Positions 17,954 to 28,592 of a stretch of 64,000 nt of DNA are shown piece by piece. Location of the stretch: positions 20,625-84,624 of the forward strand of contig DASWNF010000009.1 in the NCBI GenBank assembly GCA_036399335.1. The letters are read 5' to 3'. Position numbers and translations under genes: made by a program. The stretch's first letter is position 1; every line of letters begins with the position of its first letter. The stretch comes from Minisyncoccota bacterium (GTDB lineage: Bacteria > Patescibacteriota > Minisyncoccia > Phycocordibacterales > Phycocordibacteraceae). The notes below the pieces were generated by a model. The model did no database searches, had not been told where the DNA came from, and saw only the letters and a list, made by a program, of their open reading frames with translations.

Positions 17954-18187
17954 TTAGAACGTAAGGAAGTGCGCGACTGCGGTAACGACGAAGAGGACCG
18001 CAACGACTATCGTGGCGTTGAAAAGGAATTTCTCCGCGCCGCGGCGCTTGTAGAACGTCGATGCGAAATTATCGCCTCCAAAAGCCCCTCCGATACCGGC
18101 GCCGCGCTGCTGGAGCACGATGCCAGTGATAAGGAGAAGGGAGAGTATGATTTCAGCGTAAGGCAGGTATGCCATGAGTGACTCCAT
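17954..18187 (-). CDS. secG: preprotein translocase subunit SecG
   Basis: Two TM helices with the Gly-rich loop LQQRGAGIGGAFGG. Confidence 0.8.
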   Translation of the reverse strand: MESLMAYLPYAEIILSLLLITGIVLQQRGAGIGGAFGGDNFASTFYKRRGAEKFLFNATIVVAVLFVVTAVAHFLTF

Positions 18188-18278
18188 CTGTGCCAAAAAG
18201 GTACCACGGCGCGCGTTTGGGAGCAATAGTACGGGGTATATAGAGCTCCCCGGGCGTATCCCGGGGAGGTAAAAGGCG

Positions 18279-18590
18279 TTAGCCGAAGGTTTCGCGGTAT
18301 TTCTGTTGGACTGACGTAACCAGCCATGCGGACACGCCAGCCTGGAAGCAGCAGATGGTGAATTGCGGATATAGCCGCTCCTGTCCGTGGAAGCGCACGA
18401 AGAGCATGCAGAGGGTGAGCGTTACGAATGTCGCAATACCCAGGTGCGCGGTCAGGTAAAAGGTCCCGTCCACCCATTTGGCTTTCCAGGGCAGGTTCAG
18501 CCGCCGTACGAAGAAGAAGAGCATGCTGAAGTAGCTGAAAAGGATGTAGAGGCCGGTTGCGACGACTACCCCAAATTCGAAGATGAGCAT
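18279..18590 (-). CDS. hypothetical membrane protein (3 TM)
   Basis: Hydrophobic ORF. Confidence 0.5.
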   Translation of the reverse strand: MLIFEFGVVVATGLYILFSYFSMLFFFVRRLNLPWKAKWVDGTFYLTAHLGIATFVTLTLCMLFVRFHGQERLYPQFTICCFQAGVSAWLVTSVQQKYRETFG

Positions 18591-18782
18591 CGGTGCCCCC
18601 TTTGGTTAATCTGCCGGGATTAAACTATATCTCTCGCCTATAGGCAAATTGGATTGACGCTGTATTTTCGCAGACCTATACTACGACCGACTCGGCAGGA
18701 AACTGCCGTGGGCATTTTTAAAAGCGAGCTGCTTGTCGTGGCCCTTATGCCCGACTCCAAAGCAGCGGTAACTCATGGCGCT

Positions 18783-19097
18783 ATGGCAAAAACAAATACG
18801 AAACTTTCTCTCTCGCCACTGGCTGACCGCGTCGTGGTGCAGCCCGTCACGCGTGAAGAGAAGACGCTGTCGGGCATCATCATTCCCGACACGGCAAAGC
18901 CGGAGAAGCCCGAACGCGGCACTGTCGTCGCTGTCGGCCCCGGCAAGGTTGGTGACGACAACGAACGCATCCCCATGTCCGTTTCGGTGGGGGATACGGT
19001 CATATTTTCAAAGTACGGCTATGACGAGGTAAAGATCGACGGCACAGAGTACTACATCCTGTCCGAGTCGAGCGTCCTCGCAATTATTAACGACTAA
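18783..19097 (+). CDS. groES: co-chaperonin GroES
   Basis: LSPLADRVVVQP ... GIIIPDTAKEKP ... GTVVAVGPG motifs. Confidence 0.93.
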   Translation: MAKTNTKLSLSPLADRVVVQPVTREEKTLSGIIIPDTAKPEKPERGTVVAVGPGKVGDDNERIPMSVSVGDTVIFSKYGYDEVKIDGTEYYILSESSVLAIIND

Positions 19098-20762
<1,665 letters not shown>

Positions 20763-20795
20763 TAGAGACCCAATAAAAAAGTAAGAGGGGATACA

Positions 20796-20826
20796 ACACC
20801 CGCCGGCACGCGCTGCCGGCGGGTGT
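20796..20826 (+). terminator. hairpin after groEL
   Basis: acacccgccggc-acgcgct-gccggcgggtgt. Confidence 0.55.
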
Positions 20827-20949
20827 TCCCGTATAGGGCCTATGCCTGGGCCCTCCTGTCCACACGTTGCCCCCAGGTACCCAAAACAAGTGCTTTACTT
20901 AGGGCAGTAGCCTATTCCCTTTACAAGAATCTAAAAATGCTATATAATT

Positions 20950-21723
20950 ATGGGCATGGAAACACCAAAGCCAATAGCCATGCAAAGCCCGGAAGCCCAG
21001 GCCGCCCGCGAAAAGGTGGAGCACGCACGGACAGAAAAGGGACGCGTTGAAGCGCAGGCAATTTTTGAACGACAGATGCGCATCGACGCAAAAAACGAAG
21101 GCACCGAGTCCGCATTGTATTCGCACCATGCCGTCCAGGCACGAGAGGCATCTGACCGCGAGCTCGCCCATCGTGCCAAGCAGCGTAATGCGACGAGGAC
21201 ACTTTTTCAGAAACTCACCGGACGCGGCAAGGTATCCGGACTGGATCTATTGCATGAGGAGGCTGACCAGGTGAACGAACTCGTAGATGCTAAGGTGGCG
21301 CGCGAACGAACGGTGATCTCTGCCCAGGAAGCGGCGGACGAGATCATGGACAGCAAGGAATTCGAGGTCTTGGATTCGGCAGCCGGGCTCGACCGTAACG
21401 AATTCCGTGAATACTTGAGGGAACAGGACCCCCAGATAGAAAGGTCAATCGAGGCCGGGGACTTGAAGCCTATAAACGCACTGATAGGTGAGATGGCTGG
21501 TACTGAGGACGGGCGTATGAATAGCAGGTTTTTGGAGTCGGGCAGGAGGATGATTGCCGAGAAAGTGGACACGATGCTCAAGAGCGGGAATACGGAAACG
21601 CTTAAGCTCATGCTTATGCATAACGACCTAAGGTACGTAGACAGAAAGACGCTTGCATCCCTGCCCGAGGAAATACGCACTGCGCCCGGGATAGCGGGGA
21701 AGATTCAGGAGCGGCTCGGTTAG
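20950..21723 (+). CDS. hypothetical protein (charged, helical)
   Basis: ORF preceded by TTTACA-N16-TATATAAT promoter-like sequence. A long terminator follows. Confidence 0.55.
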   Translation: MGMETPKPIAMQSPEAQAAREKVEHARTEKGRVEAQAIFERQMRIDAKNEGTESALYSHHAVQAREASDRELAHRAKQRNATRTLFQKLTGRGKVSGLDLLHEEADQVNELVDAKVARERTVISAQEAADEIMDSKEFEVLDSAAGLDRNEFREYLREQDPQIERSIEAGDLKPINALIGEMAGTEDGRMNSRFLESGRRMIAEKVDTMLKSGNTETLKLMLMHNDLRYVDRKTLASLPEEIRTAPGIAGKIQERLG

Positions 21724-21735
21724 GGCCGTAACGGA

Positions 21736-21784
21736 CATGAACGCAAGAAGCCGCAGCCTATGGCTGCGGCTTCTTGCGTTCATG
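21736..21784 (+). terminator. 23-bp perfect-stem hairpin terminator
   Basis: catgaacgcaagaagccgcagcc-tat-ggctgcggcttcttgcgttcatg. Confidence 0.7.
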
Positions 21785-21809
21785 GGGGAAAGTCCTACAA
21801 TTAAGGTAT

Positions 21810-22370
21810 ATGACTATCCTCTATATATTGATCGGCGTGCTCGTGCTCCTCGTGCTCTGGGTGATATTCGCGTATAACGGCTTCGTTGCGAAGGTAAACC
21901 GCGCGAAGGAAGCGTGGGCTGACATCGATGTGCAGCTGAAGCGCCGGTATGACCTCATCCCTAACCTTGTGGAGACGGTAAAGGGGTACGCGACGCACGA
22001 GCGTGCGACCCTCGACAGCGTCACCGCAGCCCGCGCAAACGCGATGAACGCAACGACCGTTGGCGAGCACGCGGCCGCTGAGAACATGCTCACGGGCGCC
22101 CTCAAGTCGCTCTTTGCGGTTTCCGAGGCCTACCCTGACCTTAAGGCGAATACGAACTTCCTCGAGCTCCAGCGCGAGCTTTCAGATACGGAAAACAAGA
22201 TCATGGCGTCGCGCCGCTTCTACAACAGCACGGTGCAGGAGCTCAACACCTCGGTTGAATCGTTCCCGGGCAACGTCATCGCCTCCTCCTTCAGCTTCGC
22301 GAAAATGGACCTCTTTGAACTGACCGATGCTGAGAGCGCCGCACGCGAACCCGTAAAGGTAGCCTTCTAG
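21810..22370 (+). CDS. lemA: LemA family protein
   Basis: N-terminal TM helix plus conserved LemA core (YNGFV..VN..KEAWADIDVQLKRRYDLIPNLV). Confidence 0.85.
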   Translation: MTILYILIGVLVLLVLWVIFAYNGFVAKVNRAKEAWADIDVQLKRRYDLIPNLVETVKGYATHERATLDSVTAARANAMNATTVGEHAAAENMLTGALKSLFAVSEAYPDLKANTNFLELQRELSDTENKIMASRRFYNSTVQELNTSVESFPGNVIASSFSFAKMDLFELTDAESAAREPVKVAF

Positions 22371-22404
22371 TTGTTACTAAGACTGCGAGCGAAAAGAAGT
22401 CTGC

Positions 22405-22911
22405 ATGACCCCTCCCCAGCCTGCAAATAATGAGTTACATCGGGTCGTGCTGACCGGCACGATCTGGCGCCTCAATAGCTCGGGCAGGTACGAATATCTC
22501 ATCACGAAGCGATCAGATAAGAAAATCTTCCCAAATAAATGGCATTTGCCCGGTGGTGGCATGGAGGCTAGTGATTATGTGAATGAAGAACCTTCATATA
22601 AGAATGCTGAAAGCCCGCAATGGTACTACGCAGTTGAGCGAGCATTAAGGCGTGAGATTCGAGAAGAGGTTGGTCTAGAGATTGAGGATGCAAAGTACCT
22701 GCTTGATGTCGCCTTTATACGCCCAGACGGTATCCCCGTCGTTGTACTTAGCTACTATTGTAAGTATGGGAGTGGGGAAGTCACTCCCGACTACGAGGAT
22801 ACCGTAGACTTTAGGTGGATTACCGTGGACGAGGTAGATGATTTCGACTTTATTAAGGGCATCGAAGATGAAATACGCATGGTAGAAGAACGTCTTACTA
22901 AGCAAGCATAA
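22405..22911 (+). CDS. NUDIX hydrolase with an insertion inside the Nudix box
   Basis: LPGGGMEA ... RREIREEVGLEI. Confidence 0.7.
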   Translation: MTPPQPANNELHRVVLTGTIWRLNSSGRYEYLITKRSDKKIFPNKWHLPGGGMEASDYVNEEPSYKNAESPQWYYAVERALRREIREEVGLEIEDAKYLLDVAFIRPDGIPVVVLSYYCKYGSGEVTPDYEDTVDFRWITVDEVDDFDFIKGIEDEIRMVEERLTKQA

Positions 22912-22912
22912 T

Positions 22913-23794
22913 ATGGCAACCCTATACCAAGACCGCTCCCGCAACATGTTCAAGACCTGGGCCCTCATGGCCGGGTTCCTCGTCGGCGTCATCGCGCTCG
23001 GCTGGGCCGTGTCCGCATACTTCGGCAACCCGGTCATTTTGTATGTTGCTGTGGCCTTCTCGATCGTCATGAACATCGGGAGCTACTGGTTTTCGGACAA
23101 GATAGTCCTCAAGATGACGAATGCGAAGCCGGCAAGCCGCGAGGAATTCTTTGACCTCTATACGGTGACCGAAAACCTCGCCATCACCGCAGGCCTCCCG
23201 ATGCCCAAGCTCTACGTCATCGACGACCCGGCACCTAACGCCTTTGCTACGGGAAGAAACGAGAAGCACGCCGTCGTCGCGGCAACCACCGGACTCCTCG
23301 CGCGCCTCGACCGCACCGAGCTTGAGGGCGTCATCGCGCACGAGCTTTCGCATATCAAGAACAGGGACATGCTCGTCATGACCGTGGCCGTCGTGCTTGC
23401 CGGCTTCATTGCTATTGTCGCCGATATCTTCCTTCGCATGTCGATGTTCGGGGGCGACCGCGACTCGGGCCGCGCAGGCGTCATCTTCCTCGTGCTTGGC
23501 GTCGTGGCTGCCATCCTGCTTCCCATTGCCGCGCAGCTCATCCAGCTTGCAATCTCGCGCCGTCGCGAGTTTCTTGCCGACGCATCAGGGGCGCTTTTGA
23601 CCCGCTACCCGGAGGGTCTCGCCTCAGCGCTCCAGAAGATACACACCTATGCCGCACCGATGAAATCCGCCAACCATGCGACGGCGCACCTCTTTATCGG
23701 GAACCCCTTCGGCCCCCAGGCAGGGAAGCTCATGAACCGCATGTTTGCGACCCATCCGCCCGTCGAGGACCGGGTGGCCGCCCTCCTAACGTAG
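22913..23794 (+). CDS. htpX: zinc metalloprotease HtpX (M48)
   Basis: HELSHIKNRD HExxH motif, 4 TM helices, C-terminal conserved Glu. Confidence 0.9.
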   Translation: MATLYQDRSRNMFKTWALMAGFLVGVIALGWAVSAYFGNPVILYVAVAFSIVMNIGSYWFSDKIVLKMTNAKPASREEFFDLYTVTENLAITAGLPMPKLYVIDDPAPNAFATGRNEKHAVVAATTGLLARLDRTELEGVIAHELSHIKNRDMLVMTVAVVLAGFIAIVADIFLRMSMFGGDRDSGRAGVIFLVLGVVAAILLPIAAQLIQLAISRRREFLADASGALLTRYPEGLASALQKIHTYAAPMKSANHATAHLFIGNPFGPQAGKLMNRMFATHPPVEDRVAALLT

Positions 23795-23855
23795 CGCTTG
23801 ACAATATAGGGACAGCATGCCATGATAGTCCTGGCACATAACAGGAGGAAGCCAC

Positions 23856-24086
23856 ATGGACCAGGTTGCCGAACGCCCCCGGAAGATTCTGACCCTTGCG
23901 ACGCCGCGCCAGATCGCGCCCGTCACTCCCATGACCCTGACCCCGCGCATCGACGCGCCGACGCCCTGCCGCGCATCCTGCAGCAGGGAATCCGCACCGC
24001 CGCGCCCGGCCCGCCCGCCTGCAGGCTCTTTATCGCTCGACAACCGGCAGCTGATGCGGCTCAGGGTCCGTCCCCGTCGCCGCTGA
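23856..24086 (+). CDS. possible small Pro/Arg-rich protein (low complexity; uncertain)
   Basis: Canonical AGGAGG Shine-Dalgarno 7 nt upstream of the ATG, but the composition is low-complexity. Confidence 0.2.
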   Translation: MDQVAERPRKILTLATPRQIAPVTPMTLTPRIDAPTPCRASCSRESAPPRPARPPAGSLSLDNRQLMRLRVRPRRR

Positions 24087-24109
24087 TCTGAAACCATATT
24101 CATGGAAAG

Positions 24110-24137
24110 GGCGGCGCTAGAAATGGCGCCGCTTTTC
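24110..24137 (+). terminator. rho-independent terminator
   Basis: ggcggcgc-tagaaatg-gcgccgc followed by TTTTC. Confidence 0.6.
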
Positions 24138-24164
24138 ATATCTTGTGCTATAACAATTCGGACA

Positions 24165-24251
24165 GGAGACGTCGCATAGTGGTCTAGTGCACCGCCTTGG
24201 AAAGGCGGCAGACTCGAAAGGGTCTCGAGAGTTCGAATCTCTCCGTCTCCG
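24165..24251 (+). tRNA. tRNA-Ser (anticodon GGA), long variable arm; CCA not encoded
   Basis: Acceptor GGAGACG/CGTCTCC, anticodon stem CCGCC/GGCGG with loop TTGGAAA, long variable arm, T-loop GTTCGAATC. Confidence 0.9.
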
Positions 24252-24267
24252 CCTGATTATTTTCTTA

Positions 24268-25311
24268 TCACCCTAGCCAGAACCAAAACTTGTTTTTGAG
24301 GTCTCGGCCAAGCTTGTACGCGTTTGCGTGAGACAACACGCCTAGATACGAGCGCAGCGATGCTTCAAGGCGATCTTTTCCCATCTGACCCTGCTTATGC
24401 TCCCTGACCCTGCTTTCCAGCTTCCTGAATATACGGCTCTTTGTCCTGGCCCTCGGGAGTATGCAGTGGGGAAGGACGACGTATCCAAGAAAGTCCACAC
24501 CCTGTCCGTATTTTCGTATGTCTATTTTGTTTGGGTGAAGAACAAGCTCCAAGCGCTCGCCCAGGAATTCCTCAATCTGTGGAATAAGCGCCTCCAAGTA
24601 GCCTTTGTCGCGCGACACGATAATAAAATCGTCTGTATATCTTGCGTAGTGCTTTACGCGCAACGCGTGTTTCATAAACTGATCAAACTCGTTCATATAA
24701 ATGTTTGCGAACAACTGCGACGTCAGGTTGCCGATAGGGATACCGGCATGCTTAAGGTGGCTCTGTCCCACAGCAAAGCTGCCTACAATCTCTCGCATGA
24801 GCCACATGACGTCACGATCTACAATTCGTCGCTCCAGTATTTCAAGCAGGACGCCGTGGTCGACAGAGTCGAAGAACTTCCGAACGTCGCACTTAAGCGC
24901 GTAACAGGTTCTTGTATTGTTCCGGCTTTCGGAACGGAGCATCTTGGCTATGGCTTCTACGCCTTTATGGGCACCTTTGCCAATGCGGCACGAGAAGGAG
25001 GTGGCTATAAAGCTCGGCTCGAATATGGGATTCAGGACGGCAAAAACGACGTGGTGAAGCACGCGATCTCTGACTGTCGCTTTACTAATCTCTCGGAGTT
25101 TCGGATCGGTGATGCGAAAGCCCGCGTACTCCTGATGCCGATACGTTTTGTCGCGCAAGTCGCGCTGGAGCTTGAAAATGTTCTTCTCAAGCTCCTTCTC
25201 GAAGCGAAGCACATCAAGTTTATTCCGTTTGCCTTTCTTAAAGCGGTCCCACGCCGAAAACAACGCCTCTGCCGAGACAATCTTTTCAAACAATCGCTCA
25301 TGCTGCTCCAT
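24268..25311 (-). CDS. diversity-generating retroelement (DGR) reverse transcriptase
   Basis: RT motifs including IPIGNLTSQLFANIYMNEFD (the DGR-type [IV]GxxxSQ signature) and YTDDF (YxDD), ~350 aa. The N-terminus LFEKIVSAEALFSAWDRFKKGKRNK is typical of DGR RTs. Confidence 0.9.
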   Translation of the reverse strand: MEQHERLFEKIVSAEALFSAWDRFKKGKRNKLDVLRFEKELEKNIFKLQRDLRDKTYRHQEYAGFRITDPKLREISKATVRDRVLHHVVFAVLNPIFEPSFIATSFSCRIGKGAHKGVEAIAKMLRSESRNNTRTCYALKCDVRKFFDSVDHGVLLEILERRIVDRDVMWLMREIVGSFAVGQSHLKHAGIPIGNLTSQLFANIYMNEFDQFMKHALRVKHYARYTDDFIIVSRDKGYLEALIPQIEEFLGERLELVLHPNKIDIRKYGQGVDFLGYVVLPHCILPRARTKSRIFRKLESRVREHKQGQMGKDRLEASLRSYLGVLSHANAYKLGRDLKNKFWFWLG

Positions 25312-25313
25312 AT

Positions 25314-25664
25314 ATGAATGAGGTTGATATACCGATTCTAAAGAAGTCCTATGACTTGTACCGAACTTTTCATGAGTACCGGAAGGTTGTGCCGAAACAA
25401 GACCGTTTTACTATCTTCGAGCGCAGCGAGAACGTGATGCTTGATCTCATCGAGTGCCTCTTGTCGGCCGGGTACGGCGATAAACAAGGTAAGCGCCCGA
25501 TTCTTGAGCGCGCGAGCATAAAATTGAATGTGCTTCGCTTCTTTATCCGGCTCATGAAGGAAACAAAGTCTCTAGATAATAAGAAGTATGTGGTTCTTCA
25601 GGAGATGATCGACGAGATCGGCAGGATGCTAGGAGGGTGGACGCGCTCACTTGAGTCCCGATAA
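25314..25664 (+). CDS. avd: DGR accessory variability determinant Avd (four-helix-bundle protein)
   Basis: 116 aa. IKLNVLRFFIRLMKE ... EIGRMLGGW matches the conserved Avd helices (compare bAvd LAMLRFWLRFL ... EVGRILGSW). Confidence 0.85.
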   Translation: MNEVDIPILKKSYDLYRTFHEYRKVVPKQDRFTIFERSENVMLDLIECLLSAGYGDKQGKRPILERASIKLNVLRFFIRLMKETKSLDNKKYVVLQEMIDEIGRMLGGWTRSLESR

Positions 25665-25694
25665 GCAAAGAGGCGTCGTACGACGCCTCTTTGC
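25665..25694. terminator. perfect palindromic hairpin between avd and TR
   Basis: gcaaagaggcgtcgta|cgacgcctctttgc. Confidence 0.65.
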
Positions 25695-25709
25695 TCTAGC
25701 GAGGAGCGA

Positions 25710-25838
25710 CTTCGGGACGAACCCGGAGGCAGAACCGTAGTTCTCGTTGGCGTTGTCGATCCAGTTCGCGTTGAACTTAACCTTGTCGTCGTTGAAGTTG
25801 AAGATCGGGGCGTTCGAGAAGTCGCCATCGGCGTCCGG
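25710..25838 (-). repeat. DGR template repeat (TR); sense strand is the minus strand
   Basis: The reverse complement matches VR at 27068-27197 except at 15 positions. All 15 are adenines in TR and other bases in VR. Confidence 0.9.
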
Positions 25839-26327
25839 CTAATTGCCTTCACCCATCCATGTCACCGAAGCTCGAAGCCTTACGGCATCTGGCCCCTGAA
25901 TTTAATCCGACGACGCCCGCGCGGCTCGTCTTGGGTGGAGGCAAGCAGTATCTCCTCGCTACGACGCGCTCCCGGAAGCCGTGGCCTTCGGGACTCTGGC
26001 CGTCTTCTCGCAAAGAGAAAGAGTTCGGCGACGGCTTTCCTTGAAAGGCCGTACACGAGCCTAGACTCATGGGGAAGTATAGCAATACAGCTGAGCTGCT
26101 TATGCTTAGAATCCACCACAGCGTTTCCTTGACGAGTTAGGCTATATATAGCATGATAGAGCAGGAACCTTGATAATCAGGATCACTCCATGAGGCGAGC
26201 TTTTTACGGCTTATTTCCAGCTTTACTGGACTCTTTTACAATGGTCTTTAGACCTAGGCCGTAAACAGCTCGCCTCATGGGAGGTCAAGCCGCAAGTCCG
26301 ACGATTCGGGCGTAAGGAGCTAACGTC

Positions 26328-27200
26328 ATGGCGACGCTTACTCGTATCCCCTCGGCCTCTGATGGCCAGCTCAAGCAGATCAACCGTGTGGCCGCCGATG
26401 CGGCCGAAAAGGCGATCAATGAGTTCGGCCTCAACAAGGACCAGGCTCAGCGCGTTCACGGCAGCGCCGAGTTTGCCGCCCGCATCCGCGCGGCGGTGAC
26501 CACGGTCCTCACCGACGTAGCGATCACCGATCGCTACAAGGACGAGGAAGTCGAATCCACCTACGGCTATCTCTCGGGCTACAAGCCCAAGCCGTTCATG
26601 GAGCAGGTCGCGATTCTCCAGCAGCACTTCCCGAATCTCTCGCACACCGACCTGTCGGGGTTCGACATTCCGGACGGCGCGGAGGATACATTCGCAATTC
26701 CGCGCTTCGAGAAGATCGCGCCGACGTACGGCCAGGCGGTGGAAATCGTCCTCGGCCTGATCGGGCAGACCCGCGGGTTCTACAACTACCGGAAGGGCCA
26801 GACCGGTCCGACCTATCTGCGGCAGAGCGAGCGCAAGCTCGCCGCGCTCGAAGCCATCGGCGAGAAGCAGGAAGGCGACATCCTCGTCATCCCGGCGCAG
26901 TTCGGTATCCGCCATCGCGGCCGCTCGGTTCGCCGGGCGCGGGAGGTTTTTGATGGCGACGAGTTCGGCCTGGGTGCTTTCGAGGTCAGCATCATGCTCC
27001 TCACGCACCCGGAACGGCTCCAGCACTACGATGACCTCTGGATTGACTGCGCGGGCGACGAATTCGCCCCGGGCGCCGATGGCGGCTTCTCGGACGCCCC
27101 GTTCTTCTACTTCTACGGCGTCAAGGTTAAGTTCTTCGCGTACTGGATCGACTACGCCTACGAGTACTACGGTTCTGCCTCCGGGTTCGTCCCGCAGTAA
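26328..27200 (+). CDS. DGR target (variable) protein; C-terminal ~45 aa encoded by VR; no signal peptide or TM evident
   Basis: The 3' end carries VR. TR Asn-codon (AAC) positions are replaced by TAC/TTC/GGC etc. in VR. Confidence 0.85.
   Translation: MATLTRIPSASDGQLKQINRVAADAAEKAINEFGLNKDQAQRVHGSAEFAARIRAAVTTVLTDVAITDRYKDEEVESTYGYLSGYKPKPFMEQVAILQQHFPNLSHTDLSGFDIPDGAEDTFAIPRFEKIAPTYGQAVEIVLGLIGQTRGFYNYRKGQTGPTYLRQSERKLAALEAIGEKQEGDILVIPAQFGIRHRGRSVRRAREVFDGDEFGLGAFEVSIMLLTHPERLQHYDDLWIDCAGDEFAPGADGGFSDAPFFYFYGVKVKFFAYWIDYAYEYYGSASGFVPQ
27068..27197 (+). repeat. DGR variable repeat (VR)
   Basis: Base-by-base alignment with the TR reverse complement: 15 of 15 mismatches are TR-A to VR-N. Non-A positions are identical. 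Confidence 0.9.
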
Positions 27201-27259
27201 TCCTCGCGTCTTGAGTCCTTGAATCTTTTGTATCCTTGATCCTTGGGCTCGAAATTTTT

Positions 27260-27291
27260 GGGACCATCCGCGCATATCTGCGGATGGTCCC
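27260..27291 (+). promoter_or_regulatory. 12-bp-stem hairpin downstream of VR (DGR-associated hairpin/cruciform candidate)
   Basis: gggaccatccgc-gcatatct-gcggatggtccc, 60 bp after the VR end. Confidence 0.6.
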
Positions 27292-27467
27292 AACTCTTTA
27301 TATGTTGGATAGGACATCACGCGTAAGGGTGAGCTCATATGAGGCCACTTTCAACAGACTCAGATGTGGGATTAGGACCTTAATGGACGAGCTTACGTGC
27401 TAATCTGTTCTTATTGAATATGGCGGCCTAAGCCGCTCCTCAGGCATAACCCTAAATCGCCACGCAT

Positions 27468-28556
27468 ATGAAAAGTTTTAAGATGTCCACGGGTGACGAA
27501 CCTACTAATGACGGACAGGACGTAAAAGAGGTGCGCCTTGTAGACGAAAAAGATACGCAGACATTCAAGAAGGTGGCGAAATATGCCGGTATTGGTATAG
27601 CCATTCTTCTCGGCATCAAGTTTTGGTATATCGCGGTACCTGCTCTAGCCGTCTGGTACCTCTATAAGAGGGACACCAGGCTCTCTTCCAAGACAAGGAT
27701 GAGGCTCTCTGTCGGTATTACGGCCGTGTTCTTCATGCTCGGCGGTATCACGCTGTATTCAAACAGAGCCCCTTCACTCGTTATTGCCGAACCTGCCGAC
27801 GCAGCAGCAGTTCAATCGGAAAGAATTACCGTTGCAGGCGAGGTGTCTCCCAAGGACTCTACCGTTACGGTAAACGGTATTCCCGTAGAGGTCGACGACC
27901 ACGGCCACTTTTCGTATGACATACGACTGAAGAACGAGAATAATCCACTCACCATTGAAGCCGCTCACGGAAGCAAGAAAAGCTCCCAGACGCTTACGGT
28001 CGCAAGAATATTCACCGAGGAAGAGAAGGAGGCCGTCCGGGTTGCTGAGGTGGAGGCAGCTAAGGAAAATATCCGGAGAGAAATTGCCAGTCTCAATAAG
28101 CCATTCGACGGTAGCAACTTCCGCGGAAGCGTTGTTGCGATGCAGCTAGAGATCGCTCTTTTTGGGGCATACGCAAAAACTGTTGCCGATTACAAACAGC
28201 ATCCCGACCCGGAAGTTAAGGCTCTCGCCAATCAAATGGAAGCGAAGGTGGGGCAGCTGCAGGTGAGCGAGTTCCCAAAGCTCCGGAAGGCCTATGCGGA
28301 CCTAATAGCAAAAGAGATGTGGGAGAACGATATGGAGGTATCCGTGGCTGGTAGTGCAAACAAGACAATTGTCTTTACCGCCGCGATGTTTGCAAGCAAT
28401 AAGAACATTGCGGAAGCGCATGGAACACTCCAGGAAACACTCGGTCTCTTCAGGTTCACACGGGCTAACTATAAGTGGTATACGTACGACAGTGAATACA
28501 GCTTCTATAAGATAGACAGTCCTGCGGACAGCAAGGTGGTCCAGATTGGCCAGTAA
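27468..28556 (+). CDS. hypothetical membrane-anchored protein (2 TM, large C-terminal domain), AT-richer than neighbours
   Basis: ORF with two N-terminal hydrophobic helices. Codon usage is distinct from the flanks. Confidence 0.55.
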   Translation: MKSFKMSTGDEPTNDGQDVKEVRLVDEKDTQTFKKVAKYAGIGIAILLGIKFWYIAVPALAVWYLYKRDTRLSSKTRMRLSVGITAVFFMLGGITLYSNRAPSLVIAEPADAAAVQSERITVAGEVSPKDSTVTVNGIPVEVDDHGHFSYDIRLKNENNPLTIEAAHGSKKSSQTLTVARIFTEEEKEAVRVAEVEAAKENIRREIASLNKPFDGSNFRGSVVAMQLEIALFGAYAKTVADYKQHPDPEVKALANQMEAKVGQLQVSEFPKLRKAYADLIAKEMWENDMEVSVAGSANKTIVFTAAMFASNKNIAEAHGTLQETLGLFRFTRANYKWYTYDSEYSFYKIDSPADSKVVQIGQ

Positions 28557-28592
28557 TTAATCGGGAGTTTAAGCCTGTGCGCCACAGGTAGC

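Noticed and set aside
24397-25317. 306-aa plus-strand ORF
   Set aside because: Antisense to the DGR reverse transcriptase, which carries clear RT motifs.
25598-25852. 84-aa minus-strand ORF (and 26950-27222 plus) with Ser/Thr/Arg-rich product
   Set aside because: These are out-of-frame translations across TR and VR. Their mutual similarity simply reflects the TR/VR repeat. That similarity is how the DGR was noticed.
26223-27338. 371-aa minus-strand ORF
   Set aside because: Antisense to the DGR target gene. The plus-strand gene is validated by the VR/TR relationship.
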